Shown here piece after piece: positions 15,461 through 28,850 of a stretch of DNA of 64,000 bases (position 1 is its first letter; each line of letters opens with the position of its first letter). Source of the stretch: a plasmid. The position numbers were made by a program, and so were the translations under genes. Under the pieces are notes generated by a model. The model saw nothing but the letters and a program-made list of their open reading frames with translations. It did not search any database and had not been told where the DNA came from. The DNA lies in the sequence record CP109674.1. One strand, written 5' to 3'.

Positions 15461-16280
15461 GGCACTGTTGCAAATAGTCGGTGGTGATAAACTTATCATC
15501 CCCTTTTGCTGATGGAGCTGCACATGAACCCATTCAAAGGCCGGCATTTTCAGCGTGACATCATTCTGTGGGCCGTACGCTGGTACTGCAAATACGGCAT
15601 CAGTTACCGTGAGCTGCAGGAGATGCTGGCTGAACGCGGAGTGAATGTCGATCACTCCACGATTTACCGCTGGGTTCAGCGTTATGCGCCTGAAATGGAA
15701 AAACGGCTGCGCTGGTACTGGCGTAACCCTTCCGATCTTTGCCCGTGGCACATGGATGAAACCTACGTGAAGGTCAATGGCCGCTGGGCGTATCTGTACC
15801 GGGCCGTCGACAGCCGGGGCCGCACTGTCGATTTTTATCTCTCCTCCCGTCGTAACAGCAAAGCTGCATACCGGTTTCTGGGTAAAATCCTCAACAACGT
15901 GAAGAAGTGGCAGATCCCGCGATTCATCAACACGGATAAAGCGCCCGCCTATGGTCGCGCGCTTGCTCTGCTCAAACGCGAAGGCCGGTGCCCGTCTGAC
16001 GTTGAACACCGACAGATTAAGTACCGGAACAACGTGATTGAATGCGATCATGGCAAACTGAAACGGATAATCGGCGCCACGCTGGGATTTAAATCCATGA
16101 AGACGGCTTACGCCACCATCAAAGGTATTGAGGTGATGCGTGCACTACGCAAAGGCCAGGCCTCAGCATTTTATTATGGTGATCCCCTGGGCGAAATGCG
16201 CCTGGTAAGCAGAGTTTTTGAAATGTAAGGCCTTTGAATAAGACAAAAGGCTGCCTCATCGCTAACTTTGCAACAGTGCC
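15461..16280 (+). mobile_element. tnp26: IS26 copy 1 (820 bp); tnp26 CDS 15524-16228
   Basis: 14-bp IRs GGCACTGTTGCAAA at both ends. The 234-aa Tnp26 begins MNPFKGRHFQRDIILWAVRWY. The left flank is the 8-bp sequence GTTTTTCC. Confidence 0.95.
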
Positions 16281-16342
16281 GTTCTCCGAATGAAAGCCTG
16301 TCCTCAGCATAGTACCGGGAAGGAGGGAGTGACCATCTCATT
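16281..16342 (-). mobile_element. 62-bp fragment of the left end of an IS5075/IS4321-like (IS110-family) element, truncated by IS26
   Basis: This is the exact reverse complement of 22524-22585, which is the left end of the complete IS110-family element. It abuts 17 bp of the Tn21-type IR. Confidence 0.75.
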
Positions 16343-16354
16343 AAATAAAGCACG

Positions 16355-19321
16355 CTAAGCCGGTTGCAGCGGCCGTAGCGGCCTGAACTTGCCCGCGCCG
16401 ATCTTGGCGCTGCTGCGCCAGAGGTAATCGCCGGTCAGGTTGATGTGCTCCCAGCCGAGCGGCGACAGGTACTGCAACAGGCCGTCATCGACGGCTTGAC
16501 CGTGGCCACGCAAGGCGTTCGCGGCCCGCTCCAGATAGACCGTGTTCCATAGCACGATGGCCGCCGTCACCAGGTTGAGGCCGCTGGCCCGGTAGCGCTG
16601 CTGCTCGAAGCTGCGGTCGCGGATTTCCCCCAGGCGGTTGAAGAACACGGCGCGGGCCAGCGCGTTGCGCGCCTCGCCTTTGTTCAGCCCGGCATGCACG
16701 CGGCGGCGCAGCTCGACGCTTTGCAGCCAGTCCAGGATGAACAGTGTGCGCTCGATGCGTCCCAGCTCACGCAGGGCGACGGCCAGGCCGTTCTGGCGCG
16801 GGTAGCTGCCAAGCTTCCTGAGCATCAGCGAGGCCGTCGCCGTGCCCTGCTTGATCGAGGTGGCCATCCGCAGGATTTCATCCCAATGGGCGCGGACGTG
16901 CTTGATGTTGAGCGTGCCGCCGATCATCGGTTTCAACGCCTCGTAGGTGGCATCGCCCTTCGGGATGTAGAGCTTGGTGTCGCCCAGGTCACGAATGCGC
17001 GGGGCGAAGCGGAAGCCCAGCAGGTGCATCAACGCGAAGACGTGGTCCGTGAACCCTGCCGTGTCGGTGTAGTGCTCCTCGATCCGCAGGTCGGATTCGT
17101 GATACAGCAGGCCGTCGAGCACGTAGGTCGAGTCGCGCACGCCGACGTTCACGACCTTGGTGTGGAACGGCGCGTACTGGTCGGAGATATGGGTGTAGAA
17201 CGTCCGCCCTGGGCTGCTGCCGTATTTCGGATTGATGTGGCCGGTGCTCTCGGCCTTGCTGCCGGTGCGGAAGTTCTGGCCGTCCGACGATGACGTGGTG
17301 CCGTCGCCCCAATGCCCGGCGAAGGGATGTCGGAACTGCGCGTTGACCAGCTCGGCCAGTGCCGCCCCGTAGGTTTCGTCGCGGATGTGCCAGGCTTGCA
17401 GCCAGGCCAGCTTGGCGTAGGTCGTGCCGGGGCACGATTCCGCCATCTTGGTCAGGCCCAGGTTGATCGCGTCGGCGAGGATCGTGGTCAGCAACAGGTT
17501 TTTGTCCTTGGCCAGGTCGCCTGACTTCAGGTGGGCGAAGTGCCGGGTGAAGCCCGTCCATTCGTCTACCTCCAGCAGCAATTCGGTGATCTTGACGTGC
17601 GGTAGGATCATCGCCGTCTGGTCGATCAGGGCCTGTGCGGTATCGGGCACCGCCGCATCGAGCGGCGTGATCTTCAGGCCCGACTCCGTGATGATGGCGT
17701 CCGGCAGCTCGTTGGCCAGCGCCATGCGGTTGACGGTGGCGAGCTGCGTTTCCAGCAGCGTCAGCCGGTCATGCAGGTACTGGTCGCAATCGGTGGCCAC
17801 GGCCAGCGGCAATTCGCTGGCCTGCTTGAGGCTGGCGAATTTCGCGAGCGGCACCAGGTAGTCCTCGAAGTCCTTGAACTGGCGCGAGCCTTGCACCCAG
17901 ATGTCGCCGGAGCGCAGCGCGTTCTTCAGCTCCGACAGCGCGCACAGTTCGTAGTAGCGCCGGTCGATGCCGGTGTCGGTCATCACCAGCTTCTGCCAGC
18001 GCGGCTTGATGAACTCGGTCGGCGCGTCGGTGGGCACCTTGCGGGCGTTGTCGCTGTTCATGCTGCGCAGCACCTCGATGGCGTCGAGTACGTCCTTGGC
18101 GGCGGGCGCGGCCCGCAACTTGAGCACGTCGAGAAATTCCGGCGCGTAGCGGCGCAGCGTGGCGTAGCTCTCGCCGATGCGGTGCAGGAAATCGAAGTCC
18201 TCGGGTTGCGCGAGCCGCTGCGCTTCGGTGACGCTCTCGGCGAAAGCATCCCAGGACATGACGGCCTCGATGGCGGCGAACGGATCGCGGCCCGCTTGCT
18301 TGGCCTCGATCAGCGCCTGGCCGATGCGCCCGAACAGCCGCACCTTGGCATTGATCGCCTTGCCGGATGCCTGGAACTGCTGCTGATGCTTGTTCTTGGC
18401 GGCATTGAACAGCTTGCCCAGGATGCGGTCATGCAGGTCGATGATTTCGTCGGTGACGGTGGCCATGCCCTCGATGGCGAGCGCCACCAGGGTCGCGTAA
18501 CGCCGCTGCGGCTCGAACTTCGCCAGGTCGGCGGGCGTCATCTGGCCGCCCTCGCGGGCGATCTTGAGCAGCCGGTTCTGGTGAACCAGCCGCTCGATGC
18601 CGGAGGGCAGGTCGAGCGCCTGCCACGCCTTGAGGCGTTCGATGTGTTCCAGCATGTGCCGCGAGTTCGGTTTGACCGGGGATTGCCGCAGCCAGGCCAG
18701 CCACGTCGTCTTGCCGTTGTCGCGGCGCTTGAGCAGATCGTCGAGGCGACGGCGATGCACGTCCGTCAGCGGCTCAGCCAAGGCGTCGTAGAGACGCCGG
18801 TTGGCGCGGGTAATCGCTTCGGCGCTCGCCCGCTCGACGGCGTTGAGGGCGGGCACAATGACCGACTGCCGCCGCAGGTGCTCGATCAAGGCTCTGGCCA
18901 GCACGATGCCCTTGTCGGTTTGCATGGCCAGCTCGGTCAGCAACTGGACAGCCTGCCGGTAGTGGCCAATCGTGAACGGCTGGAAGCCGAACACCGTTTG
19001 CAGCTCGACCAGGTGCTCGCGTCGGGTCTGCTCACGCTGCCCGTACTCGTCCCAGCTTTCGATGCCGACCTTGAGCTGGTTGGCGACCAGTCTCAGCAAT
19101 GGCGGGAACGGTGGCTCATCAGCGCCAAGGATGACGCCGGGAAAGCGCAGGTAGCAGAGCTGCACCGCGAAGCCCAGCCGATTGGCCGGGCCGCGCCGCT
19201 GCCGGATGATGGAGAGGTCGCTTTCGCTGAACGTGTAGTGACGGATCAACTCATCCTTGGTGTCCGGCAACGCCAGCAGGCTTTCGCGCTCGGCGGCGGA
19301 GAGGATCGAACGGCGGGGCAT
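16355..19321 (-). CDS. tnpA: Tn21-subgroup transposase TnpA (988 aa)
   Basis: N-terminus [31 protein letters not shown]… and C-terminus …[14 protein letters not shown]. Length is as in Tn21 TnpA. The stop lies within the IR. Confidence 0.9.
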   Translation of the reverse strand: MPRRSILSAAERESLLALPDTKDELIRHYTFSESDLSIIRQRRGPANRLGFAVQLCYLRFPGVILGADEPPFPPLLRLVANQLKVGIESWDEYGQREQTRREHLVELQTVFGFQPFTIGHYRQAVQLLTELAMQTDKGIVLARALIEHLRRQSVIVPALNAVERASAEAITRANRRLYDALAEPLTDVHRRRLDDLLKRRDNGKTTWLAWLRQSPVKPNSRHMLEHIERLKAWQALDLPSGIERLVHQNRLLKIAREGGQMTPADLAKFEPQRRYATLVALAIEGMATVTDEIIDLHDRILGKLFNAAKNKHQQQFQASGKAINAKVRLFGRIGQALIEAKQAGRDPFAAIEAVMSWDAFAESVTEAQRLAQPEDFDFLHRIGESYATLRRYAPEFLDVLKLRAAPAAKDVLDAIEVLRSMNSDNARKVPTDAPTEFIKPRWQKLVMTDTGIDRRYYELCALSELKNALRSGDIWVQGSRQFKDFEDYLVPLAKFASLKQASELPLAVATDCDQYLHDRLTLLETQLATVNRMALANELPDAIITESGLKITPLDAAVPDTAQALIDQTAMILPHVKITELLLEVDEWTGFTRHFAHLKSGDLAKDKNLLLTTILADAINLGLTKMAESCPGTTYAKLAWLQAWHIRDETYGAALAELVNAQFRHPFAGHWGDGTTSSSDGQNFRTGSKAESTGHINPKYGSSPGRTFYTHISDQYAPFHTKVVNVGVRDSTYVLDGLLYHESDLRIEEHYTDTAGFTDHVFALMHLLGFRFAPRIRDLGDTKLYIPKGDATYEALKPMIGGTLNIKHVRAHWDEILRMATSIKQGTATASLMLRKLGSYPRQNGLAVALRELGRIERTLFILDWLQSVELRRRVHAGLNKGEARNALARAVFFNRLGEIRDRSFEQQRYRASGLNLVTAAIVLWNTVYLERAANALRGHGQAVDDGLLQYLSPLGWEHINLTGDYLWRSSAKIGAGKFRPLRPLQPA

Positions 19322-19473
19322 GCGGTTTCCTTCTTCTTGAAAACGTAGGTTTGTGACAAGCCCGCCAAGGCAACCGGCGCGGCACGGGAATCAAGGCATT
19401 GCGATTCTCGAAAATAGTTCTTGAAATTCTATTCTTGATTGCATATCATCTCAACGAGTTTCGATAAGAAAGG
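19322..19473. promoter_or_regulatory. AT-rich interval with TTCTTGA repeats between tnpA and the passenger operon; candidate res/promoter
   Basis: Repeats TTCTTGAAA … TTCTTGAAATTCTATTCTTGATT. This is the only sizeable non-coding gap adjacent to tnpA. Confidence 0.35.
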
Positions 19474-19770
19474 ATGCGCATGCGACCGTCTGTTGTGCTT
19501 GACATGAAGCGAAGCGCAGTGCGTGAAGCGGTAGGCCGCTTTCGCGCCGCGAACCCGCGCGTCTTCGGCTCGGTGCTGCATGGCACCGACCGGGATGGCA
19601 GCGACCTCGACCTGTTGGTCGATGCGCTGCCCGGTGCCACGTTGTTGGACTTGGGCGATTTGGAAGAAGAACTGAAATCGCTGCTCGGCGTTGACGTCGA
19701 TCTGCTGACTCCCGGCGACCTGCCGCCGAAGTTCCGGGCCAAGGTGCTCGCGGAGGCGCAACCGATATGA
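19474..19770 (+). CDS. mnt: MNT-type nucleotidyltransferase antitoxin
   Basis: 98-aa ORF with a nucleotidyltransferase motif (GS…HG…DRDGSDLDLLVD). Its end overlaps the start of hepT by 4 nt. Confidence 0.7.
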   Translation: MRMRPSVVLDMKRSAVREAVGRFRAANPRVFGSVLHGTDRDGSDLDLLVDALPGATLLDLGDLEEELKSLLGVDVDLLTPGDLPPKFRAKVLAEAQPI

Positions 19771-20168
19771 GCGAGAACCGCCTGCCCGATTACCTCGACC
19801 ACATTCAGCAGGCCGCAACCGATGCGCGCAGCTTCGTGGAAGGGATGGCCAAGGACGACTTCTTGGCCGACAAGCGCACCCAGCAGGCCGTCATCATGAG
19901 CCTGATCGTCATCGGCGAGGCGGCCACAAAGGTGATGGATGGCTACGTCGAGTTCACCCAGGCGCATGCCGACGTGCCGTGGCGCAGCATGCGCAATATG
20001 CGTAATCGCATGGCTCACGGCTATTTCGACATCAACCTCGATGTGGTGTGGGAGACGGTACAGGAATGGCTGCCGGCGTTGCTCCAGCAATTGCCCGCCG
20101 TGCGTCAGGATGCCGACGATGAAGACCGTAACGACAACTGTGAAAGAGGGATCTCCGATGACTGTTGA
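19767..20168 (+). CDS. hepT: HepT-like HEPN RNase toxin (DUF86)
   Basis: 133-aa ORF with an R-x4-HxY motif (RNRMAHGY), translationally coupled to the mnt gene. Confidence 0.7.
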   Translation: MSENRLPDYLDHIQQAATDARSFVEGMAKDDFLADKRTQQAVIMSLIVIGEAATKVMDGYVEFTQAHADVPWRSMRNMRNRMAHGYFDINLDVVWETVQEWLPALLQQLPAVRQDADDEDRNDNCERGISDDC

Positions 20169-20514
20169 ATCGAGAATATTTTCTGTAGCCGAGTATGTTC
20201 AGCCGTCCGAAGGCGAGCCTATTCGTTCCGTTGTGCTTGAAACCCGAGACTCAATTATCGTGGTTTGGCATGTCCATCCCGGGCAGGAAATTGCGGCTCA
20301 CATTCATCCTCACGGCCAAGACACGTGGACTGTTTTGTCGGGAATGGCTGATTACTTTCAGGGCAATGGGATTGTTCGTGCCCTCAGGGAAGGTGAGATA
20401 GCCGTGGCAAGACCGGGCCAAGTGCACGGGGCGCGAAATACAGGTACCGAGCCATTTGTGTTAGTCTCGGTTGTGGCATCAGCCAATGCCGGTTTCGTAT
20501 TGGCTGAGCGATAG
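20158..20514 (+). CDS. Cupin-domain protein
   Basis: 118-aa ORF with two cupin His-containing motifs (HVHPGQEIAAHIHPHGQD … GQVHGARNTG). Its start overlaps the hepT end. Confidence 0.6.
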   Translation: MTVESRIFSVAEYVQPSEGEPIRSVVLETRDSIIVVWHVHPGQEIAAHIHPHGQDTWTVLSGMADYFQGNGIVRALREGEIAVARPGQVHGARNTGTEPFVLVSVVASANAGFVLAER

Positions 20515-20768
20515 AGCCCAATCTCTGGAGTTGGTCCAATGAGCGGTCGGGGAGATAGGTAACAGACATGCAGCGGACACGGCTGCTAAACCAGGTCGCA
20601 AACCTCCTTGCGTCGCAGCGTGCCGCAAGCGACGCGATCAATCGAATGGGGTCGGCATGAGACTGAACACCATCCAGTTCCCGACCGCGTAGCCGCCTGT
20701 CCTGCCGATCAGGTCTTGACCATCGACGCCTGGGATCAGTCCTGAATGTTCTTGGAGACCACTACGTT

Positions 20769-21095
20769 ATGAGCCGCAGCCGCCGCAAAACACCCATCGT
20801 CGGGCACACGACCTGCGGCAGCGAGCGCGAGGACAAGAAGCTCTGGCATCAGCGCTGGCGCACCCGTGAGCGCACGGCGCTGACCAGCGCGTCGCCCGAA
20901 GCCCTGAGCGCCCATCTGCCCCTGCTGGAAAACCAGGCCAGCAGCGTCTGGTCGATGGGCAAGGATGGCCGCTCCTACTGGCCCGTCAAGCGCCAGGCCG
21001 CCACGGCGGATCGCATCGCCAATCACAAGGGACGCAACCCGCAAGAACGCGCCTCCCTGAAAAAGCGCCTGCTGCGCAAGTGGATGAGCAAATGA
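20769..21095 (+). CDS. Hypothetical basic protein (108 aa, Arg/Lys-rich)
   Basis: ORF with high-GC codon usage consistent with its neighbours. It overlaps the next gene by 16 nt. No recognisable family. Confidence 0.45.
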   Translation: MSRSRRKTPIVGHTTCGSEREDKKLWHQRWRTRERTALTSASPEALSAHLPLLENQASSVWSMGKDGRSYWPVKRQAATADRIANHKGRNPQERASLKKRLLRKWMSK

Positions 21096-21592
21096 AGCTC
21101 TCCTTCCATCAGCACATTGCGCTGTTCTGGATGATCGGTGCTCCGGGCGTCTTCGCGCCCGTGATCGAGAACGCCAAGCGGCCCGATGCCGGCGCCGTCA
21201 TGGCGTGGGGTGTCGCGATCGTGGCGGTGATGATCCTCTTCACCCCTTTGCTGCTGCGCTGTCCACCATTCCGGCGCTGGTATGGCCGGACGGATGCGCT
21301 GTCGGAGCGGCAGCGCCAGGCGCTTGCCGAGCGCGGCCTGCGCCGCTACTACCAGACCGCTTTCGATGACGGCTACGTGCCCCGCGTGATGCCCTACGTG
21401 TGGCGCATCATCTGGACGGTCGGCGGGTTGATGGCTGTGACCGCCGTACTGCCTACCAACACCGGACGGCCAGCCTTCGATGCCTTGGTGGTCTTCTCGA
21501 CCTGGTATCCGATAGGCGTGATGCTGCTGGTTTTCGCGTCGAGGCCCCTTGGCCGGTTGATTCGCCAAAGAGCACAGGAGCGGCGGAAATGA
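21080..21592 (+). CDS. Hypothetical integral membrane protein (170 aa, about 4 TM segments)
   Basis: Hydrophobic segments ALFWMIGAPGVFAPVI, VMAWGVAIVAVMILFTPLLL, IIWTVGGLMAVTAVL and VVFSTWYPIGVMLLVFA. There is an ATGA overlap with the downstream gene. Confidence 0.45.
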   Translation: MDEQMKLSFHQHIALFWMIGAPGVFAPVIENAKRPDAGAVMAWGVAIVAVMILFTPLLLRCPPFRRWYGRTDALSERQRQALAERGLRRYYQTAFDDGYVPRVMPYVWRIIWTVGGLMAVTAVLPTNTGRPAFDALVVFSTWYPIGVMLLVFASRPLGRLIRQRAQERRK

Positions 21593-21960
21593 GCACGTCA
21601 ACCATCGAGGCGCTGGCCAGCGCCTGGGCAAGGATTGCCGAGGAAGCGGAATTCCCCGCTGACTACGAGGGGACTGCCACACCACAAGCGCATCGGGCTA
21701 GCGAAGCTATTCAGGAGCAGATTCGGGAGCGCATCGTCGCCACCAACGACATGCGGCTGTTCAGCCTGCTGCACCTGCTGGGTCAGGCGTCGCTGCGCAT
21801 GGAGCAAGCGCTGTGGCCGGAGGATTACGAGCGGATGACGCGCGAGGTTGAGGAAGCCCTGCGGCAAGCCACCGACGCCAACGCCAGATCGTACACCCAC
21901 GAAGAAGTGATGCAGGCGATGCAGGAACGCATCGACCGGGCGCGAGACAAGCCATGTTGA
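21589..21960 (+). CDS. Hypothetical acidic alpha-helical protein (123 aa)
   Basis: Overlaps the previous gene by 4 nt and tnpR by 7 nt, which suggests an operon. Confidence 0.45.
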   Translation: MSTSTIEALASAWARIAEEAEFPADYEGTATPQAHRASEAIQEQIRERIVATNDMRLFSLLHLLGQASLRMEQALWPEDYERMTREVEEALRQATDANARSYTHEEVMQAMQERIDRARDKPC

Positions 21961-22511
21961 TTGGCTATGCGCGCGTCTCGACGCAGGATCAGAACCTGGA
22001 GCTGCAACGCGAAGCCTTGAGCAAGGCCGGATGTAAAAAGGTCTTCGAGGACAAGGTGAGTGGCACGCGGGCAGACCGGCCTGGCTTGGCCAAGACGCTC
22101 GAAATGCTGCGCGAAGGCGATACTTTGGTCGTCTGGAAGCTCGACCGGCTGGGCCGGTCGGTCAAGCAACTGGTCGATCTGGTCGGCGATCTGCACAAGC
22201 ACGGTGTCCAGTTCAGGAGCCTCACCGACTCCATCGACACCGGCACACCATCCGGGCGGTTCTTCTTCCACGTCATGGCGAGCCTTGCCGAAATGGAGCG
22301 CGAGCTGACCGTCGAGCGCACCCGCGCCGGGCTGGAAGTCGCCAAGCAGCTCGGCCGCAAAGGCGGCCGCAAGCCGAAGATGACCGACAGCAAGATCGAG
22401 TCGGCCAAGAAGCTGCTGGCCAGCGGGGTGCCGCCCAAGGACGTGGCCAAGAACCTCGGCGTGTCCATTCCGACGCTGTACCGCTGGGTGCCAGCCTCCA
22501 CGCACGCTTAG
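21954..22511 (+). CDS. tnpR: Serine resolvase TnpR (last gene of the passenger operon; stop inside the IR)
   Basis: 185-aa ORF with catalytic Ser motif (IGYARVSTQDQ) and a C-terminal HTH (IPTLYRW). It is adjacent to the inner 17 bp of the IR. Confidence 0.8.
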   Translation: MLIGYARVSTQDQNLELQREALSKAGCKKVFEDKVSGTRADRPGLAKTLEMLREGDTLVVWKLDRLGRSVKQLVDLVGDLHKHGVQFRSLTDSIDTGTPSGRFFFHVMASLAEMERELTVERTRAGLEVAKQLGRKGGRKPKMTDSKIESAKKLLASGVPPKDVAKNLGVSIPTLYRWVPASTHA

Positions 22512-22523
22512 CGTGCTTTATTT

Positions 22524-23591
22524 AATGAGATGGTCACTCCCTCCTTCCCGGTACTATGCTGAGGACAGGCTTTCATTCGGAGAACTATCATGGAAAACAT
22601 TGCGCTCATTGGTATCGATCTGGGTAAAAACTCTTTCCATATTCATTGCCAGGATCGTCGCGGGAAGGCTGTTTACCGTAAAAAATTTACCCGGCCAAAG
22701 TTGATCGAATTTTTGGCGACATGCCCCGCTACAACCATCGCAATGGAAGCCTGTGGCGGTTCTCACTTTATGGCACGCAAGTTGGAAGAGTTGGGGCATT
22801 CCCCAAAGCTGATATCACCACAATTTGTCCGCCCGTTCGTTAAAAGCAATAAAAACGACTTTGTCGACGCCGAAGCTATTTGTGAAGCTGCATCGCGTCC
22901 GTCTATGCGTTTTGTGCAGCCCAGAACGGAATCTCAGCAGGCAATGCGGGCTCTGCATCGTGTCCGTGAATCCCTGGTTCAGGATAAGGTAAAAACAACC
23001 AATCAAATGCATGCTTTTCTGCTGGAATTTGGCATTAGCGTTCCCCGAGGAGCTGCCGTTATTAGCCGACTGAGTACCATTCTTGAGGACAATAGTTTGC
23101 CTCTTTACCTCAGCCAGTTATTGCTGAAATTACAACAGCATTATCACTATCTTGTTGAGCAGATTAAAGATTTGGAATCCCAGTTGAAACGAAAGTTGGA
23201 CGAAGATGAGGTTGGACAGCGCTTGCTGAGCATTCCCTGCGTCGGAACACTGACAGCGAGTACTATTTCAACTGAGATTGGCGACGGGAAGCAGTACGCC
23301 AGCAGCCGTGACTTTGCGGCGGCAACAGGGCTTGTACCTCGGCAGTACAGCACGGGAGGTAGGACGACATTGCTGGGAATTAGTAAGCGAGGTAATAAAA
23401 AGATCCGAACTTTGTTGGTTCAATGTGCCAGGGTATTCATACAAAAACTGGAACACCAGTCTGGCAAATTGGCCGATTGGGTCAGGGATTTACTGTGCCG
23501 GAAAAGCAACTTTGTCGTCACTTGTGCTCTGGCAAACAAGCTGGCCAGAATAGCCTGGGCCCTAACGGCACGACAGCAAACTTATGTAGCA
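22524..23591 (+). mobile_element. IS5075/IS4321-like IS110-family element inserted in the Tn21-type IR; its right end is apparently truncated where it abuts the Tn5403-like IR
   Basis: It starts immediately after 17 bp of IR. The transposase ORF 22590-23609 (339 aa, begins MENIALIGIDLGKNSF…) reads through into the Tn5403 IR. The expected right-hand ~250 bp and the remaining 21 bp of the Tn21-type IR are absent. Confidence 0.7.
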
Positions 23592-23609
23592 GGGGTCGGT
23601 TCCGGCTGA
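22590..23609 (+). CDS. IS110-family (IS1111 subgroup) transposase; C-terminus possibly altered by truncation
   Basis: The DEDD transposase N-terminus IGIDLGKNSF is typical of IS110-family elements. The stop codon lies inside the adjoining Tn5403 IR. Confidence 0.7.
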   Translation: MENIALIGIDLGKNSFHIHCQDRRGKAVYRKKFTRPKLIEFLATCPATTIAMEACGGSHFMARKLEELGHSPKLISPQFVRPFVKSNKNDFVDAEAICEAASRPSMRFVQPRTESQQAMRALHRVRESLVQDKVKTTNQMHAFLLEFGISVPRGAAVISRLSTILEDNSLPLYLSQLLLKLQQHYHYLVEQIKDLESQLKRKLDEDEVGQRLLSIPCVGTLTASTISTEIGDGKQYASSRDFAAATGLVPRQYSTGGRTTLLGISKRGNKKIRTLLVQCARVFIQKLEHQSGKLADWVRDLLCRKSNFVVTCALANKLARIAWALTARQQTYVAGVGSG

Positions 23610-23629
23610 GGGCGAAATGACACCCTAAG
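23592..23629 (+). repeat. 38-bp terminal IR of the Tn5403-like transposon (tnpA end)
   Basis: Identical to 12702-12739. The tnpA stop lies inside it. Confidence 0.8.
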
Positions 23630-24504
23630 CTTTCGGTTCCTTGGGCCAAAGATATTCGCCAGTCAGTAGAATGTGCGCCCAGCCCAATGGGGATATGTGG
23701 GGAAGAAATTCAGGGGGAACATCCAACCCTTCGTTCCGCCGCTCCGTGACGGCATGACCAAGATGGACGGTATTCCAGTAAATGATCACCGCAGTCAATA
23801 AATTGAGCCCAGCGATTCGGTAGTGCTGCCCCTCTGTCGTGCGATCGCGAATTTCCCCCTGCCTCCCGATACGGAGCGCATTTTTGAGCGCATGGTGGGC
23901 CTCTCCCTTGTTAAGACCGATCTGAGCACGCCGCTGCATGTCCGTATCCAGGATCCACTCAATAATGAAAAGGGTCCGTTCAATACGACCAACTTCACGA
24001 AGCGCAACTGCAAGGTTGTTTTGTCGTGGGTAAGAAGCGAGCTTGCGCAGGAGTTGGCTGGGCCTGATTTTGCCAGCGGTCATCGTCGCGGCACAACGGA
24101 AAATATCAGGCCAGTTCGCAACGATAAGATCCTCCCGGGCTTTTCCACCTACCAACTTGCGTAACTCCCTGGGGGTCGTATCGGGATTAAATACGTACAA
24201 CCGCTTCGATGGCAGATCCCTGATTCGCAGAACGAGATTGTAGCCGAGCAGGCTACTGGCTCCGAACAAATGGTCGGTGAATCCTGCTGTATCGGCATAC
24301 TGTTCGCGAACATGGCGACCGACCTCGTTCATCAGTAGTCCATCGAGAATATACGGTGCCTCGCTCACGGTCGCCGGGATCGACTGACAAGCGAATGGCG
24401 CGAACTGGTCGCTTACGTGAGTATACGCTTTGAGGCCGGGAACAGAACCATATTTGGCATTGACCATGTTCATGGCTTCGCCATGCCGCGCTGTCGGGAA
24501 AAAC
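23625..24504 (-). pseudogene. tnpA: Tn3-family TnpA, 3' part (about 293 aa), the continuation of the fragment at 13435-15460
   Basis: C-terminal TnpA homology (…NAKYGSVPGLKAYTHVSDQFAPF…). Its junction with IS26 carries GGAAAAAC, the reverse complement of GTTTTTCC. Confidence 0.85.
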
Positions 24505-25947
<1,443 letters not shown>

Positions 25948-26024
25948 TCAGATTGACACTCTATCATTGATAGGGATATATTCCAACTCTATCAATGATA
26001 GGGAATTAACACAGGATCTGAAAA

Positions 26025-28413
<2,389 letters not shown>

Positions 28414-28434
28414 TAACGTATTCAGGGAGATACT

Positions 28435-28850
28435 ATGGAACGGATTGAACATCACGTCTGTTTCGGCGGCAGCCAGGAAGTCTGGCGTCACCACTCTGCG
28501 GTGACCGGCACGCCGATGACTTTTTCCGTGTTTCTGCCGCCGCAGGCAAAAACAGAGAAATGTCCTGTGCTGTACTGGCTTTCCGGGCTGACCTGCAACG
28601 AGCAGAATTTTATCACCAAAGCCGGGGCACAGCGTTACGCAGCGGAACACGGCCTGGTGATTGTCGCGCCGGATACCAGTCCGCGCGGCAGTCAGGTGGC
28701 GGATGATAAAGAGTACGATCTCGGCCAGGGTGCCGGGTTTTATGTCAATGCCACACAGGAGCCGTGGAAAGCGCATTATCAGATGTATGATTATATTCTG
28801 AATGAGCTGCACACCCTGGTAAGCGGGCATTTCGGCACATCGGAAAAACG
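28435..28850 (+). pseudogene. frmB: S-formylglutathione hydrolase (esterase D/FrmB family), 3'-truncated by IS26
   Basis: N-terminal 138 aa (…FSVFLPPQA… [14 protein letters not shown]…) match esterase D. The ORF runs into the IS26 IR. Confidence 0.7.

Larger units (their letters stand above)
16343..22523 (-). mobile_element. Tn21-subgroup Tn3-family transposon: tnpA, res?, mnt-hepT, cupin, three hypothetical genes, tnpR; both terminal IRs interrupted after 17 bp by IS110-family elements
   Basis: The inner 17 bp of Tn21-type IRs (AAATAAAGCACGCTAAG) are present at 16343-16359, with the reverse complement at 22507-22523. The 988-aa TnpA is nearly colinear with Tn21 TnpA. Confidence 0.75.

Noticed and set aside
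16694-19348. Long plus-strand ORFs (199 aa, 525 aa, 145 aa and others) inside the Tn21-like tnpA region
   Set aside because: They are antisense to a well-supported 988-aa transposase in about 65% GC DNA, where stop codons are rare on all frames. They have no Shine-Dalgarno sequence or homology support.
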